Shown here piece after piece: positions 28,521-55,369 of a stretch of 64,000 nt of DNA. Within the stretch, counting starts at the first letter, position 1. The number at the start of each line of letters is the position of its first letter. The stretch spans positions 20,964,125 through 21,028,124 of the forward strand of contig CAVNZM010000001.1 of the NCBI GenBank assembly GCA_963693365.1, in the 5' to 3' direction. This DNA is from Amoebidium appalachense. Taxonomy: Eukaryota > Protista > Ichthyosporea. Below the pieces are notes generated by a model that was given only the letters and a program-made list of their open reading frames with translations, made no database searches and was not told the DNA's origin. The translations under genes and the position numbers were made by a program.

Positions 28521-29029
28521 CATACCTGGCCCAGCTCCTAAGGGCCCGCACCACCAAGGCCAACCCCTCCTACCTCCTGCACCAACCTGTTCCCTGGGCT
28601 CGGCTGTTTGTGGCCCGTCCACGGACACATTTGTCTTTCGATCCGGGTCGATCCAGCAAACGAACGGGTCGGGCCTGACCTCCGGCTCAATGCTGATAGT
28701 GAGTGGGCTGAACTCGGGCAGCCTGGACTCGAGCGTGTGCGGGGCACCAGGGCTGGGCACATAGGCAGGCTGCATCTGCGGGGGGGGCTGGCTCACGGTG
28801 GTGCCGGCAAACATCCCTCAGGTGGCGGGGGCAGAGGCACTGCCCCTGCAGCAGGCAGGCAAAGAAAAGGCCCAGGCAACAGGGGGACAGCAGCAGGATG
28901 ACAGTGACAGCGTGCTATCGGTGAGGCATAAGGGACAAAGCGATGGGATGCAGGAGCGGTGGCTGGGGTGTGCGGTGCGAATGATTGTCAAATGTGCGTG
29001 GAAAGGGTGTTGTTTTTGAATGTTCAAAT

Positions 29030-29068
29030 CAAGGCCTCCTAAATAGCACACCTATTTAGGAGGCCTTG
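29030..29068. mobile_element. Minimal hAT-like element consisting only of TIRs
   Basis: 17-bp perfect TIR CAAGGCCTCCTAAATAG, 5-bp spacer CACAC, 8-bp direct repeat GTTCAAAT on both sides (29022-29029 and 29069-29076). Confidence 0.8.
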
Positions 29069-29324
29069 GTTCAAATCCGAAGCCGTGTTACCTCATGATC
29101 AGATGTTGCGATGATCACATGTACCAGCCTGATCTTTGATAATTATAATTGGGGGAAATATGTGCTCTTAAAACTTTTAAGTTGTAGCGACTTTAATATA
29201 ATCTTAAGCAGCTTTTTGATTGGCTCCCTGGATGTGTCGCCTAGACCTACTCTCACTGACAGGGGCACCTGTAACAGTTTTTGCCGGGCTGAGTACTGCG
29301 GCTTTTTATGTAGTCATTTTTGCC

Positions 29325-29480
29325 CCTTTAACCCTACAGTAACTAAACCATATCTAACCCTACAGTGGATTTGTCATATTTAACCCACAGTGCACGTGGA
29401 CTAATCATATTTAAATTAACCCTACGGTACATTTGATCATATTTAACCCTGCGGTAGGTTTAAACTTATACGACCTTAAG
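29325..29480. repeat. Degenerate tandem repeat of roughly 27-35 bp
   Basis: Five recurrences of (CATAT)TTAACCCT(A/G)C(A/G)GT. Confidence 0.65.
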
Positions 29481-29891
29481 GTAGATCGTATGTGTAAACA
29501 AAGGATAGTTCAAAACAGTTTGAGTAGCCGTGCGGCATGCGCAAGTACGTGTGCAACAGACACCCCCACGTTTAGACACTACTAACTTATTTTTGTGAGG
29601 TACGGCCCTATAGCTAGTTGCTGACTCTCAAAGAGGTGCCGACATAGTTCGGCCACATTTGTGTCTGTGAGGCTGGCCTTCCATCGAATGACCCCGAATA
29701 GCTGTGGTCACATGATCACAGTACTAGACTGATTATACCATAGTATCAATTTTTAGACAACAAGACTTCATAACTCATCTGTATTTGTATACTACAGCAA
29801 CGCACTCTTCTGAAAAAACGAATACCAATTGTCAGTGAAGTGAGTCTCTGATCACAGTGACTGACAGCTCGAGCAAGTTGTTTCTACTGAG

Positions 29892-29938
<47 letters not shown>

Positions 29939-31027
29939 AGGGTCCTGGCACCCCCCCAACGTTGTACACACACATTCAGCAAATCAGATCGATGCCTTAG
30001 CGCAGTGCCAGTCTTGCATCCAACATAGAACACTTTTAATTATCATTGCAACGGAGTAACTGTGCAAGGCATGCATGCAAGAGCCTAGTGATCAAATGTA
30101 GTGTGCAAATGGTGCCGCACATGACCGTGACCCCACTCTGTTCACAACCAGCGCCTGTTATGTCTCATTATGCAGTGTGTCAATGCAGTGGATGGTCCCG
30201 CCGTGCACATCTATGCACACATTGCACTCACATGCACACACTGCACACCAGCCAATTGCTCAATGCTCGGATCTGTCATCGGGTGCCTGCCCCAACACAT
30301 TCAATTTGCCACCTGGCCCGCATGGCGTACACCCGGGGGACCGCACCACGTGGTGGTGGTGGTGGTGGGTGGGTGGGTAGGTGGGTGGGTGGGTGGGGGG
30401 GGGGGGGGGGGGGGGGGGGGGAGGAGAACAAGATCTTACGATGGACATTGGCTATAGGACAAATCCTTAAGCAATGCATGGGTGAGATACTCCACTGTCA
30501 CATCAAGGGATTTAATTGGGTGGCCAAATGGCGGATATATATACTTGCACCGGGCGGCATATGACTTCTGGTACTTTTTTTTTTTTGTCTGGCCCAACAC
30601 ACCAGTAGTAATTATTTAATCATTAGTGCCAGCATTACGTATACATAGACTGCGGGGAAGTGGGGGACCACAGAAAAAGACCACCACCATGTGAAATCAT
30701 TCGTAAACATCAGAGGCATATGGAATGGATACCCTCATGATGAAGATGGCCCAGCTTATGGCTAAACAGCTTTCTACGGAGGATATGTACGGTGCCTTCT
30801 TCAACATACATTCGTCGAATATACCTAATTTAGTAATTAGCCATATAATGATCTTGCAGCGACACTGTGTGTTGCGCCACAGCATGAATCTAATCCCCCC
30901 CCCCCCCCAAAAAAAAAAAACAAACAAACAAAAAAAACAAAAGAAACACACACACCCCACCCCACCCACCCAGCATTCGCGTAATCTAAAGATGCACACC
31001 ACACATCATTTTTTATCACACACTGTT

Positions 31028-35644
<4,617 letters not shown>

Positions 35645-36221
35645 GGTGCCTGGGCTCCCTGCCTGTATGTCTTGCCTCTGGCCAGGTGTTGGGGTGCGCG
35701 CCTGTGCACGTGCATACCTATCTAGGCCTAGCGTACTACCGCATCATATACATGTGTGGAGCTGCTGCACCGGGCACTGGGCAGTCACTCTCGGAGTGGG
35801 GCCCTTGACTGGCACGTACTGACGGTGCCTGGGCTGCTATGAACTTGCCGTTCGCCTCACACTATTTTTCCTTACACTCTCGCGACCGCGTGCATGCTTT
35901 CTCTCGCGGCGGCTCTACGGTCCCGAGAGTCCAGTGTTCGCTGTGTGTATAAGAAAAAATACGAGTCACCTCAGTAGGTGACAGGGCCCTTGAGCTGCTG
36001 TTGGTATTCCCGCCAAATTACAGGGATGACGTCACACATACATGATGGACTGGTAGCCTACCAAAATAGATCATCAAATCGTCCACCAGATAACACCTAT
36101 GATACATACCACAGATGCACAGCCAGAAAAACATCGCCTTAGACTAAGCGCAACACCTATTCACAATACACTACCCATTCAAAATAACACCACACCACTC
36201 CGTAGAAACAAAATAGCAACC

Positions 36222-38166
36222 ATGCCGAAACCTTCGGTTGATACAGTACTGGCAGAACTTGCCCTCGTTAAGAAACAGCTAGATGAGCTGTTACCACTCA
36301 AGAACATGATAGAAAAACTCCAAACAGAAAATGCCCAACTCAAGCTCACCATTGATTCACTCACTGCCCAGCTAAACAGTAGTGGATCGCAAACCCCCAA
36401 AACTCATGAGCACCACTCCCGCTAGACTAGGTGAGCCCCTGTCTCAAAAGGAAAGCTTGCACCGGCTTGCTAGTATGAATCGATTTGGCCCCCCTGGGTG
36501 ATACTACTGGAGACCCCCTCATAGACTCTGATAATTATTTCTCGGAACTGTTTAGGGTTCGTCGAGGTCGGTCCATATTCATTAGAACTAGGGGGGGGGG
36601 GGGGAGGGGGGGGGGGGGGGGGGGGGGGAGGGAGAGGGAGGGGTCTATGTAAGCACAGTGAGAACACTATGCAAGGCAGCAGGGAGGAAAGAACATGAAC
36701 AAAGTGAGACCCGTATCATGCCAACACTGGGGTGGTTGCATGCAAAGAGCAATGCCTAGACCAAACTTCATTTCCGACTCTTAAAGGCGGACCTGAGTCT
36801 CTTCTTACCCCGAGGGTGGTATGGTTAGGGAGGCAAGAAAGCCTCGATAGGGGGGAGAGGGGGGGGGAGCGGGGGAGAAGGGGGGAGGGTGGGGGGGAGT
36901 GGTGCACGTACGTTCTGGACGGTGTGTCTGTTCTGGGCTCGAGGCATAGCATGACGGGGTACTTGGTCTGTGCCTGTGTGCCGGCAGCAGACAGAAGTGG
37001 CAAACCTTATGATCCTTAACATAGACAAATGTGGTGTTATTGTACCTGATATAGCTAACAATTTACACACCTTTACATGATCATCTAAACCTGTACCTAT
37101 AGTTCCAGAATACAAATATCTTGGTGTTCCGGTTAATTCTGTTGGTGTTATGTTTTCCCATATGGTTGAAAAGAGGGTAGAGCTGGCTCGTAAGCGGTTA
37201 GCTTTCTTCTCGATTTTTTTTTTTTAAAGACACACCCCTCCATCCTTCTATTAGACTTACATTTATTCGCACCTTTGTCTTCCCGGCATGTGAATATGGT
37301 TTACCCCTTCTCGCCGCTTGGATCAAGAAAGAGAGAACTAGAGCGCTTAAACCATTGGCAAATTTCCTTGAAGCAGAAGTTGCCTCCTTTCTATCTAACA
37401 ACTGTTGTAAACCTGGGCCTGTGACGCTCTCGATATATGGTCTGGTCTCAATAGCTGCTAGAGTATCCCATCTCGCGCTGAAATTCAACAAGCACATAAG
37501 CCGCTTAAAGAATTATTTGCCCTCCCACCCTCTCTTCTCTATCCGACCTGTCCCCTCCCCACCTCTCCCCTCTTTCCTTCCCTCGCTCTCTCCTTCTTCC
37601 CCGGGCAAATACAAATAAACCCCGCAAAAGTGTGCGTGTGACTCTGGACTGCCACTTACTTATTAGACATGTACATAATCACAAAATAATTACACAATAT
37701 AACAAATGGAAAAAGATACCACACGACACTAGACCCTATGAAAGCATACACCTTGAAAAACTAAACCTTATGTCTCGTTTTATATATAATGACCGCCTTA
37801 ACCATATTGCCAAAATATGGCACTCGCAAATGTGTAACACCTAAATCCATATTACCTTCCTGTAGAATTGGTCTTTCTCTAGCTGATGTATTATTGATCA
37901 CATACCACGCTTTTACTATACAGTGGAGATCTAATAAGTATAAGGTGGCATCGTCTGCATGCCCAAACAACACACACACACACCAGTTTAAACAGTCATG
38001 TATCGCCAAGTGTAGTTTGATAGACCACATAATACCGCAACACACACACGACACATTCACAACAGACACCCAGAAAGATAGCCTACCTGAAAATTACAAC
38101 ATCCTTGATTTTATACTAAACACGCGTAACTATGACCTGTTTATTAGATGTATCGGATTGGCTTGA
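36222..38166 (+). pseudogene. Degraded, internally deleted non-LTR retrotransposon: coiled-coil ORF1-like start (36222-36425) and end of RT plus C-terminus (about 37010-38166)
   Basis: NIDKCGV, PIVPEYKYLGV, IRTFVFPACEYGLPLL, PSHPLF, WRSN..C..FKQSC and ILDFILN, with stops and frameshifts; the link to ORF1 is an inference. Confidence 0.75.
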
Positions 38167-38189
38167 GAAACACATCATTACGAAATTAT

Positions 38190-38260
<71 letters not shown>

Positions 38261-38751
38261 CCAGCTGATACCAAGTGTGCCAGGGGAGCCCGGAAAAAAT
38301 AAATAAAACAAAAAAATAAAACAAAAATAAAAATTAACGGGGAACCCAACTAATTGATTTTTCTTAGTCTTTATGGTGCCTCGTAGAGAAAGCCTAACCC
38401 TGATATATAATCATCACCCGACATCTATGTACGTGATCATGATATACCGCTGAGGGGATATTCCGAGCAAAAACCCCCCATACCTGAGACTGGTCTCTCT
38501 TTGCCTCGAGTAAACAGCGTAAACCCCCCAAATAGATATAGGGTAGAGGATGCTGCACCGGCCACAGCTCTAGGTGTGACGTTATCACTGTAATTTGGCG
38601 GGAAAACCAACAGCAGCTCAAGGCCTCACATGACGTCGAAGTCATCCTACTTGTCAGTGAGTGTGGCATCGACATATACATAGCATGCCATATCCTTTTC
38701 GAAACCTGCACATGGATCGCAGAGTACCACCAGTACCAGTATGCGCCACCT

Positions 38752-38783
<32 letters not shown>

Positions 38784-38791
38784 ACACACAC

Positions 38792-38829
<38 letters not shown>

Positions 38830-38830
38830 A

Positions 38831-38879
<49 letters not shown>

Positions 38880-39240
38880 TGTACATGTGCACATGGATTA
38901 ATCCCGTACTAACCGTGAAGTTTTTAAGAATGCTGAAACTCTCAGAACATTACGGCATGTGTTTTTCTGCTTGACACCCGGCCATTGCAAGTTGACTCGG
39001 GTGAGCAGTTTGCATCTGTGAGAAACATACACTGTCTGGAAGTTTCAAATCAAAGCCCCATAGATTAGCACGGTAAACTTTGATAGCTCCCAAGGCGTGA
39101 ACCAGAGACAATTAAACGGTTTTCCACCTGGAGAGGAAGCAAGCAAAGGGGGGGGAGCTCAGATAATTAATGATCGAAGGTTCGACAGAGAGATCTACAG
39201 AGAGAGAGCCCCAGAAAGAAAAAGGGCTAGAGAGAGAGAG

Positions 39241-39271
<31 letters not shown>

Positions 39272-39334
39272 ATGGGGGGGGGGAGGGAGAGAGAGGGAGA
39301 GAGAGAGAGGGGAGGGAGAAAGAGAGGGGGGGGG

Positions 39335-39388
<54 letters not shown>

Positions 39389-39828
39389 CTGAGAAATCCG
39401 AATCGAAACTGTGATTCTGAGAAATCGGAGGCGAAGTGCAAGAGGGGCGTCCCCAGGGAGGAGGAGGGCGGGGGGGGGGGGGGGGGGGGGGGGGGGACAG
39501 GGGTTGAACTTAGATATCAGGAGCACGAACACCGGCTTTTCCTAAACCTGGGTCGTGTCTGTATACGTACAAATTCCATCTTTTCTTTAAATAAGCAGCA
39601 CATTCGCCAACAGTGCTTTAAGAATATAGCGATATATATCTATCTGTTCGTTCCATTCATTCAGTTAGCATTCGTATAAGAACAATCTTACTGCAGACAT
39701 GACAAAGCTTAGCAACAACCACATTCTAAGCGTGAGCCACCACAACCAACTACTGAAACTATAACACCGTTACACTCTTACAACCATTGCAAACATAAAT
39801 TGAATTATTTCTAGCCATGCTACCGAGA

Positions 39829-40885
39829 TTAATACCTGTTGTGTGGACACCCCAGAAATTTTTGCTCAAAGTATCTAAACCATGAATCCCGGGCCACCTT
39901 CATATGTCCGACCCCCCTGCTTCTATGCCAATGGTACCCATACGCACCTTCAAAGAACCCCCCATTTTCCATTTTCGCACTGTCGGAACTTGTTTTTCTG
40001 TCATCTTCGAAGAAAGACTCAAACCTGACCGTGCCACCCGGTCTTTCCAAATAAGGAAGGAACGTGTCATTCACCGTGCCAGTATCCAAAAACGGCCAGA
40101 GAGGGTCAAAGAATGCCGCGGGGAACACCACCACTTTGGTACCACAATCATTGCGATTTTGCCTGCACCTATCCGTCAGGCGCTGGCCCATAAACCCAAA
40201 GTCCCCACCCCCCTGGCCCGCCATATCTTTGACCAGGGCGTGCAATATGGGGCTATCCTTTCTGAAGTGCATCACGGCGTTGTTAATGTAGTTTGCCAGA
40301 GACCAGCGGTAAGCAAAATCGTGGCGCAGGAGGGGGGACCAATCACGCAGCATGAGCACGTCCATGTCGAACCAGACCCCCCCATAGGTGTGAAAGAGCA
40401 GCAGCCGCAGCAGGTCAGTGTAGTAGGGCAGCTTGCCTGGGTCGGCAAACACACTGGGCCGGGCCACATAGCTGGTGATGGCCGGCTCAAAGGGAGTGCC
40501 TGGGGGGTAACCGTTAGAAGGGGGGGTAAGAATGGGTGCAAGGGGGTGGGGAGAGTGGGGGTGCGTGTGGGACTGTGTGAAGGCGGGAGAGTGTAGATGA
40601 GGAGTTGGGTGGGGATAACGAATCGAGTGTGTGTAGGAGGAGGAATAGCAAAAAAAACACACAGATGATCTGGTAAAACTAAACTGGCAGGAGTTATGTG
40701 ACGGGAGAAAAGAGAGAACAGGAAAAGCAGAAAGCAAGGGATGGAAAGTCTGGAGGGGAGGGGGGAGGGGGCGGGGTGGGGGATACTACGCATGCACCTT
40801 ATGGGTTTGCCTAATAGAGTTGAAGTCATTGGAGAGGTGGGAGGGGGGATAGAGGAGAGAAAGGACGAGGATGGGCGGTGTGTGT

Positions 40886-40916
<31 letters not shown>

Positions 40917-41262
40917 GGAGGGGGAAGGGGGGAGCGAGAAAGAGAAACGGAGGGGAGAGCTGACGAAGTGGGTAAGGGGAGGGAGGTGAGGCGAGGGGCG
41001 CGAAGGGAAGGGGGTGGGGGTGGGGTCGGGTGGGGTGGGTGGGTGGGTGGGATGGGTGGACGAAGGAGGGGAGGGGGCGGTTGCTTACGTAAAGATACAG
41101 ATGCTCGAAAAGGGCAAGAAGAAGGTATGCAGAAAAATTAACGGATGAAAGACAACAAAGACGGCCACAAACCTCAGCAGGCTCAACCTAAATCCCCTCC
41201 CCCCCCCCCCCCCTCCTCCTCCCTTCTCCTCTCCTCCCCCCCCTCCCTCCCCCCCTCCGTCC

Positions 41263-41301
<39 letters not shown>

Positions 41302-41488
41302 AGCTGCCGCCCTTCCCCCGTGCCCCCCCCTTCGCCTCTCAGCCTCTTTCACCCCAAACCCTGCTTACGCTCAGACAGCGTGAATGCAACTAAGAGCCGA
41401 GCCCCCCCCCCCCCCCCCCCCCCACCCAATACTCCCCACCACCCTCTCACCTTCCCACTGACAACACACGCCTACATTTCCCGCCAAG

Positions 41489-41526
<38 letters not shown>

Positions 41527-42271
41527 TTCCCCTCCGGCCCTCATTCCTCCCCATCCCAACCACCCCCAACTCACCTTTTGCCATAGCCTGGACTGCCTTA
41601 GGATATCCCGCCCTGACAGCAATCCTCTCAGCCAGGCACTTGTGTTTGGCCTCTATTGTCTCGTTGGCCCTCCTCACTGCCTTCTCATCCAACCCCACCC
41701 AAAGTATAAGCTGCCCACACGCCTGTGTTTTGAAGAAGGCAAAAAGGGCTAGAAACTGCGGTGCCTCCAAGTCCCCTGCCCAGAACGTGTGGTAGTAGAG
41801 TGGCTGTGTGCCTACGTCACTGCACGTGACTTGAGGACTGAAGGTTTGCAGCCAGCGCAGGCAGGCGGGGATAGTCTGCACGCTGTCACCGGCCATAAAC
41901 ACAGACAGCAGGCTCTTGCACTCGCGGCGTATCAGCTGCAGGTCACCCTCTGGTGTGTGTGTATCGTTGGGTGCTGCTTGGGGGGAACCCTGTGTCTGTG
42001 TTTGCACGTGCGTGGTGGCGGAGGAAACAAGCTCAGGTGCAGTGGTGGCCGGTTGCACCATGGCCTGTTCTGCGTGCTGGTGGGTGGGAGGGTGGGCCAC
42101 AAAGAACACGCCGCTAAACTGCGACACAAACAGCAGCACACACAGGCACACGCCCAGTGCAGACACCACGTGCCGAGGGAACGGCACACGCCACGGCTGT
42201 GCGCGGTAAGAGGAGGCGCGGTGTGTGGAAGGGAGGGAGGGGCGGGGCTTGAGGTCCTTGAAGAGGTCCAT
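39829..42271 (-). CDS. Glycosyltransferase, GT32/DXD sugar-binding family, type II membrane protein; 2 exons (42271-41575, 40499-39829)
   Basis: N-terminal hydrophobic segment, YYHTFW, DLLRLLLFHTYGGVWFDMDV, INNAVM and AYGYHWH; phase-1 GT-AG intron. Confidence 0.9.
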
Positions 42272-43368
42272 GGTGTGTTTTGTGCTACTTGGTTCTAGTG
42301 CGTGCAAGGGTGATGGGTGGGTGGCTGGGTGTGTGCATGGCTCACTGATGCGGAGGATTAGTATTGAGGGGATGGTGCCTGAGCTACGTCTGAGTGTGTG
42401 CGTGTGTATGCCCACTGCCCTCTCTTCCCCCATGCCTGAGGTTTAGGCCTACAGTGCACACCAAACTTGGGACTTGGGCGCGGACCGTCGTGGGGCTGTC
42501 ACAGGCTCGACTCCACAGCCTCTTGTGACACATCTATAGCTACGGAATGCGGTTTTTAACCTTTGGTATGGGCTGAAATATCGAATCCTGCAAATGAACG
42601 GACTCGTGTTGTGTCCTAATATATATTTGGCTGGATCCTCGGAGCCCCTCTCCTCGTCGTTGTACAGCACACATAGATGATCAACAACAAGCTAGAAAAG
42701 TCTAGAAAAATCTGCCAAGCAATAGTAGTTACTAAACAATACCATGATGACTGGGGGCCGTTTATTACCGACAAGTTCATACGTGTGACGTTGCTGGCAC
42801 CAGGCCAACATTCAACTTAACTGCCACCCAACAAGATACGGGATTAGATAACGACGTAACAAATAAATCATAGAGAGATATCATTATTAGTTGTGTGTGC
42901 GTCTTCTCCCCCCCCCCCCCCCCCCCCCCCTGTGCGTGTGCACGTGTATGGTATGGTGTATGGTGCCAGGTCTTGTGTTAATTTTTCAACATCACTACCA
43001 TATTTGGATCCCAGTCAACAGTGCAGGCGTCGTTACTTCCGTCAACCAAGCATAACCAAGTATTCACAGCATCAATAATTACCCTATGTGCAGTTTGGTG
43101 TTATGTTTTCATTCGACATGTACTGAACACGTTCTTCTCCCAACAACGACAGCCCCCTTTCATGCCTATATTCGTCTACATCTGGACACGGCTTCATCAA
43201 CTCACTGTGTGCATATCTGCCACGGGCACAATACATATTTGGTTTCTCTCCATACTCTTGCATGCACCAACATCCACGTTCACTTCTGGCGGCGGCGTTT
43301 TGAGCCCCGCGGTGAGCTCTCCTCTGAGGCTGGTGTGCTTGGCCGCTTGAGGTTGTTTTGGTCCCCGG

Positions 43369-43503
<135 letters not shown>

Positions 43504-43505
43504 TG

Positions 43506-43536
<31 letters not shown>

Positions 43537-43656
43537 ATGTGTGTGTGTATGTGCGTTTCCGGGGGGGGGGGGGGGGGGGGGGGGGGAGGGGGGGGGGCTC
43601 CAGATGGCGGAGGGAGGTGGGGGAGGGCTCGTGTGAGTGTCCGGGTGTGTATTGGG

Positions 43657-43687
<31 letters not shown>

Positions 43688-44195
43688 AGGGCAAACCAGG
43701 GAATGGCCCGAACGGGTGGGTGGGTAGGTGGTTGGTTGGTTGGTGGTGGCGGAGGTGGTTTCTTTCCTTTTCCTTTTTCCTTTCCTCCCCCTTTTATTCC
43801 TTCCCTTTTCCCAATTTCTTTCCTTTCTTTCTTCTTTTCTTCTTCTTCTTCTTCTTCTTCTTCTCCTCCTCCTCCTCCTTCCTCCTTCCTCCTCCCTCCT
43901 TCCTCCTTCCTCCTCCTCCTCCTCCTCCTCCTCCTTCTTCTTCTTCTTCTGCTTTTTTTTTTTTTTTTTTGGGGGGGGGGGGGGGGGGGAGGGAGGGGGG
44001 GGGGGAGAAGGGAGGTTCTCCTAACGTAGCGGCTCACGACAACGGTCATCACGGGGGAGTTGGGACACAGGGAAGAGGACGAGGAGGAAACACACATGTA
44101 GCAGTATGTCGCATGTGGCGGTGCCGAGTGTGACATCCTCAGACACACACAACACAGCAACTACACGGCAGGCTCGTGTATGTGCACACGCAACA

Positions 44196-44392
44196 CACAC
44201 ATGTACACGCACACGTGTATACACACACATGTACACACACACATGTACACGCACACGTGTATACACACACATGTACACACACACATGTACACGCACACGT
44301 GTATACACACACATGTACACACACACATGTACGCGCACACGTGTATACACACACATGTACACACACACATGTACGCGCACACGTGTATACAC
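44196..44392. repeat. 42-bp minisatellite, about 4.5 copies
   Basis: 14-codon periodicity ([14 protein letters not shown]) in the ORF track. Confidence 0.85.
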
Positions 44393-44587
44393 ACGCCCAA
44401 CCGCCCCCCCCACGCCACCCAGACAGACAGATAGGGTTACACAGACATCTCTGGCTATTGCCCAGCCACTCAAAATCTTCGGGGCTAATAGGAGGTCGGA
44501 CCACTAAGCTTCAAGGCTGAAAGTGGGACAGGAGGGAGCAAAGTGAAGGGGTACAGGAAGGTGGGTGGGTGTTGGGGGGGGGGGGGT

Positions 44588-44710
44588 TGAATGCGTCAAA
44601 AAGTACGAAGTACACAAGAACAAACGGATAACACGATGCAGAATGCAAGCCATACATAAAGAGTATGCATAATAAGCAGAGCCCATCCTCAGGGGGGGCC
44701 CACGTCATCC
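44588..44710 (-). repeat. Diverged partial copy of the structured intronic repeat
   Basis: Retains TTGAATGCG, GTACGAAGTAC and ATAAGCAGAGCCCATCCTCAGGG..GGGCCCA.GTCATC. Confidence 0.7.
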
Positions 44711-44799
44711 ACAGTACCCGAGGGGGAGGGAGGCGGGGGAGACAACATACCGGTCATGGCTGCTTCTGTGCGTCGTATCAAAGCAAGCTTCTCTTGCTG

Positions 44800-44878
<79 letters not shown>

Positions 44879-45176
44879 CAGGGTGGGGGGTTGAGGAATT
44901 GGATTAGTTGGATATTTCGTTTTGTTGTCTCTGCTCACATGCCTGGTGCGCACATGCAATACAGATTCCTAACCCTGTCAGCAATGCAGCTCCTTCCCTG
45001 CAACTTTTGCTTTACCCCCCCCCCCCCCCTCTCTCTCTCTCCCCTCCCTCTCCCCCTTTTTTTCCTTCTCTCTCTTTCTTCCTCTACTTTTCTTGTTTGT
45101 CGTCGCGTGGTGGTGACGAAAGGAGGGAAGGACGGACGAAGAGACGGAGGGGGGGGAGGGGGGGGAGGGGGGGGGG

Positions 45177-45229
45177 TTTGAATGCGGAACATGGTACGAA
45201 GTACGCATACACGAAGGACACATGCAAAA
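45177..45229 (-). repeat. Short 3'-end copy of the structured intronic repeat, flanked by G-runs
   Basis: TTTGAATGCGGAACATGGTACGAAGTACGCATACACGAAGGACACATGCAAA. Confidence 0.8.
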
Positions 45230-45264
<35 letters not shown>

Positions 45265-45274
45265 GGAGATCATA

Positions 45275-54173
<8,899 letters not shown>

Positions 54174-54770
54174 GCTGCTGGCTGGGCCCCCGTGGCTCCG
54201 AGACAAAAAACACGAACAAACTAGAGGTCTTCACAAGTGCTGGTCTGTGACTCCTTCACTACACAGCTGCAGTACTGCCACCGTGACTCAGGGCCCCCCC
54301 AGCCACCAGGTGCGGATGCCAGGCTCCGTTACCGTCAGAGAGGATGGCCAGCTTTGCGTAAATTTCAGGTGTAAATCTAAACTGTTAAAATACACTCTTT
54401 TGCGTAAATATTGTTTGTGGTCTTCCAATTTTTTCGAAAGTGGAATTAAGGCTCACTGATGCCAGGTGGAGCTGCGGCTCACGGGCAGCTTGTCCGTGCA
54501 GTTTAGATTTGCACAAAAGGTCTGGTTTACACACAAACTTACGATCGCAAAACTTACCAGGATAAAGAACGGCTCCGCAACAATCGTATACAGGATTGGT
54601 TCAATAAAAATTTTACGATTGCAAATATACACAGGTGTCTGTTGATGTGCTACACATCCCGAGTCCTCCGCATGCTCATGCGATGTTCGCTCATTTTCCA
54701 CCATGCAGGTTTGCGCCATCACACTTGTCTACCAAAACAAAGACAGCCTCCCCGTTCTGGGTGTGCAAGA

Positions 54771-54966
54771 ATGCATCCCAATCTTTCCGAGCACTTGCAC
54801 GCGGACTGCACGGAAATCATTCGGCTGTTCCGCCAGTGCCACGCAGAACACCCGCTGAAGAAGTTCTTTGGCGTGTGCAACGATGCAAAGCTGGCCGTGG
54901 ACAAGTGTCTGACCGAGGAGGTGTGTGTGTGTGTGTGTGTGTGTCTATTTGTGTGTCCGCTGGTAC

Positions 54967-55006
<40 letters not shown>

Positions 55007-55334
55007 ATATTGTGTGTGGGGGGGGAGAGGGAAGGTGGGGGGTGGGGGGGTGGCCACCGTTTTTCTGGGGGCCCTGTCGGTCGTTGTAGGTGGTTGCGTG
55101 CCTGTGTGTACATGGGTGAGGGAACGGATCTCAATGCCTGTGAGAGCGAGTATTTTTGTGTTTTAGCCTTTTAGGCCATTAGGGAGTGTACCAGGTTGGC
55201 TGTGCTTTCTATGGATGTATGGGCTATGGTCAGATCTCATGGTGGTACTTGAGCAGTTGCGCCAGTGCATGGATTCTCCGTACATGCGCTGCACACACAC
55301 ACACACAGGCACACACGCATGCACACACACACGC

Positions 55335-55369
<35 letters not shown>

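Noticed and set aside
39904-40596. 230-aa plus-strand ORF
   Set aside because: Antisense shadow of the GT32 exon
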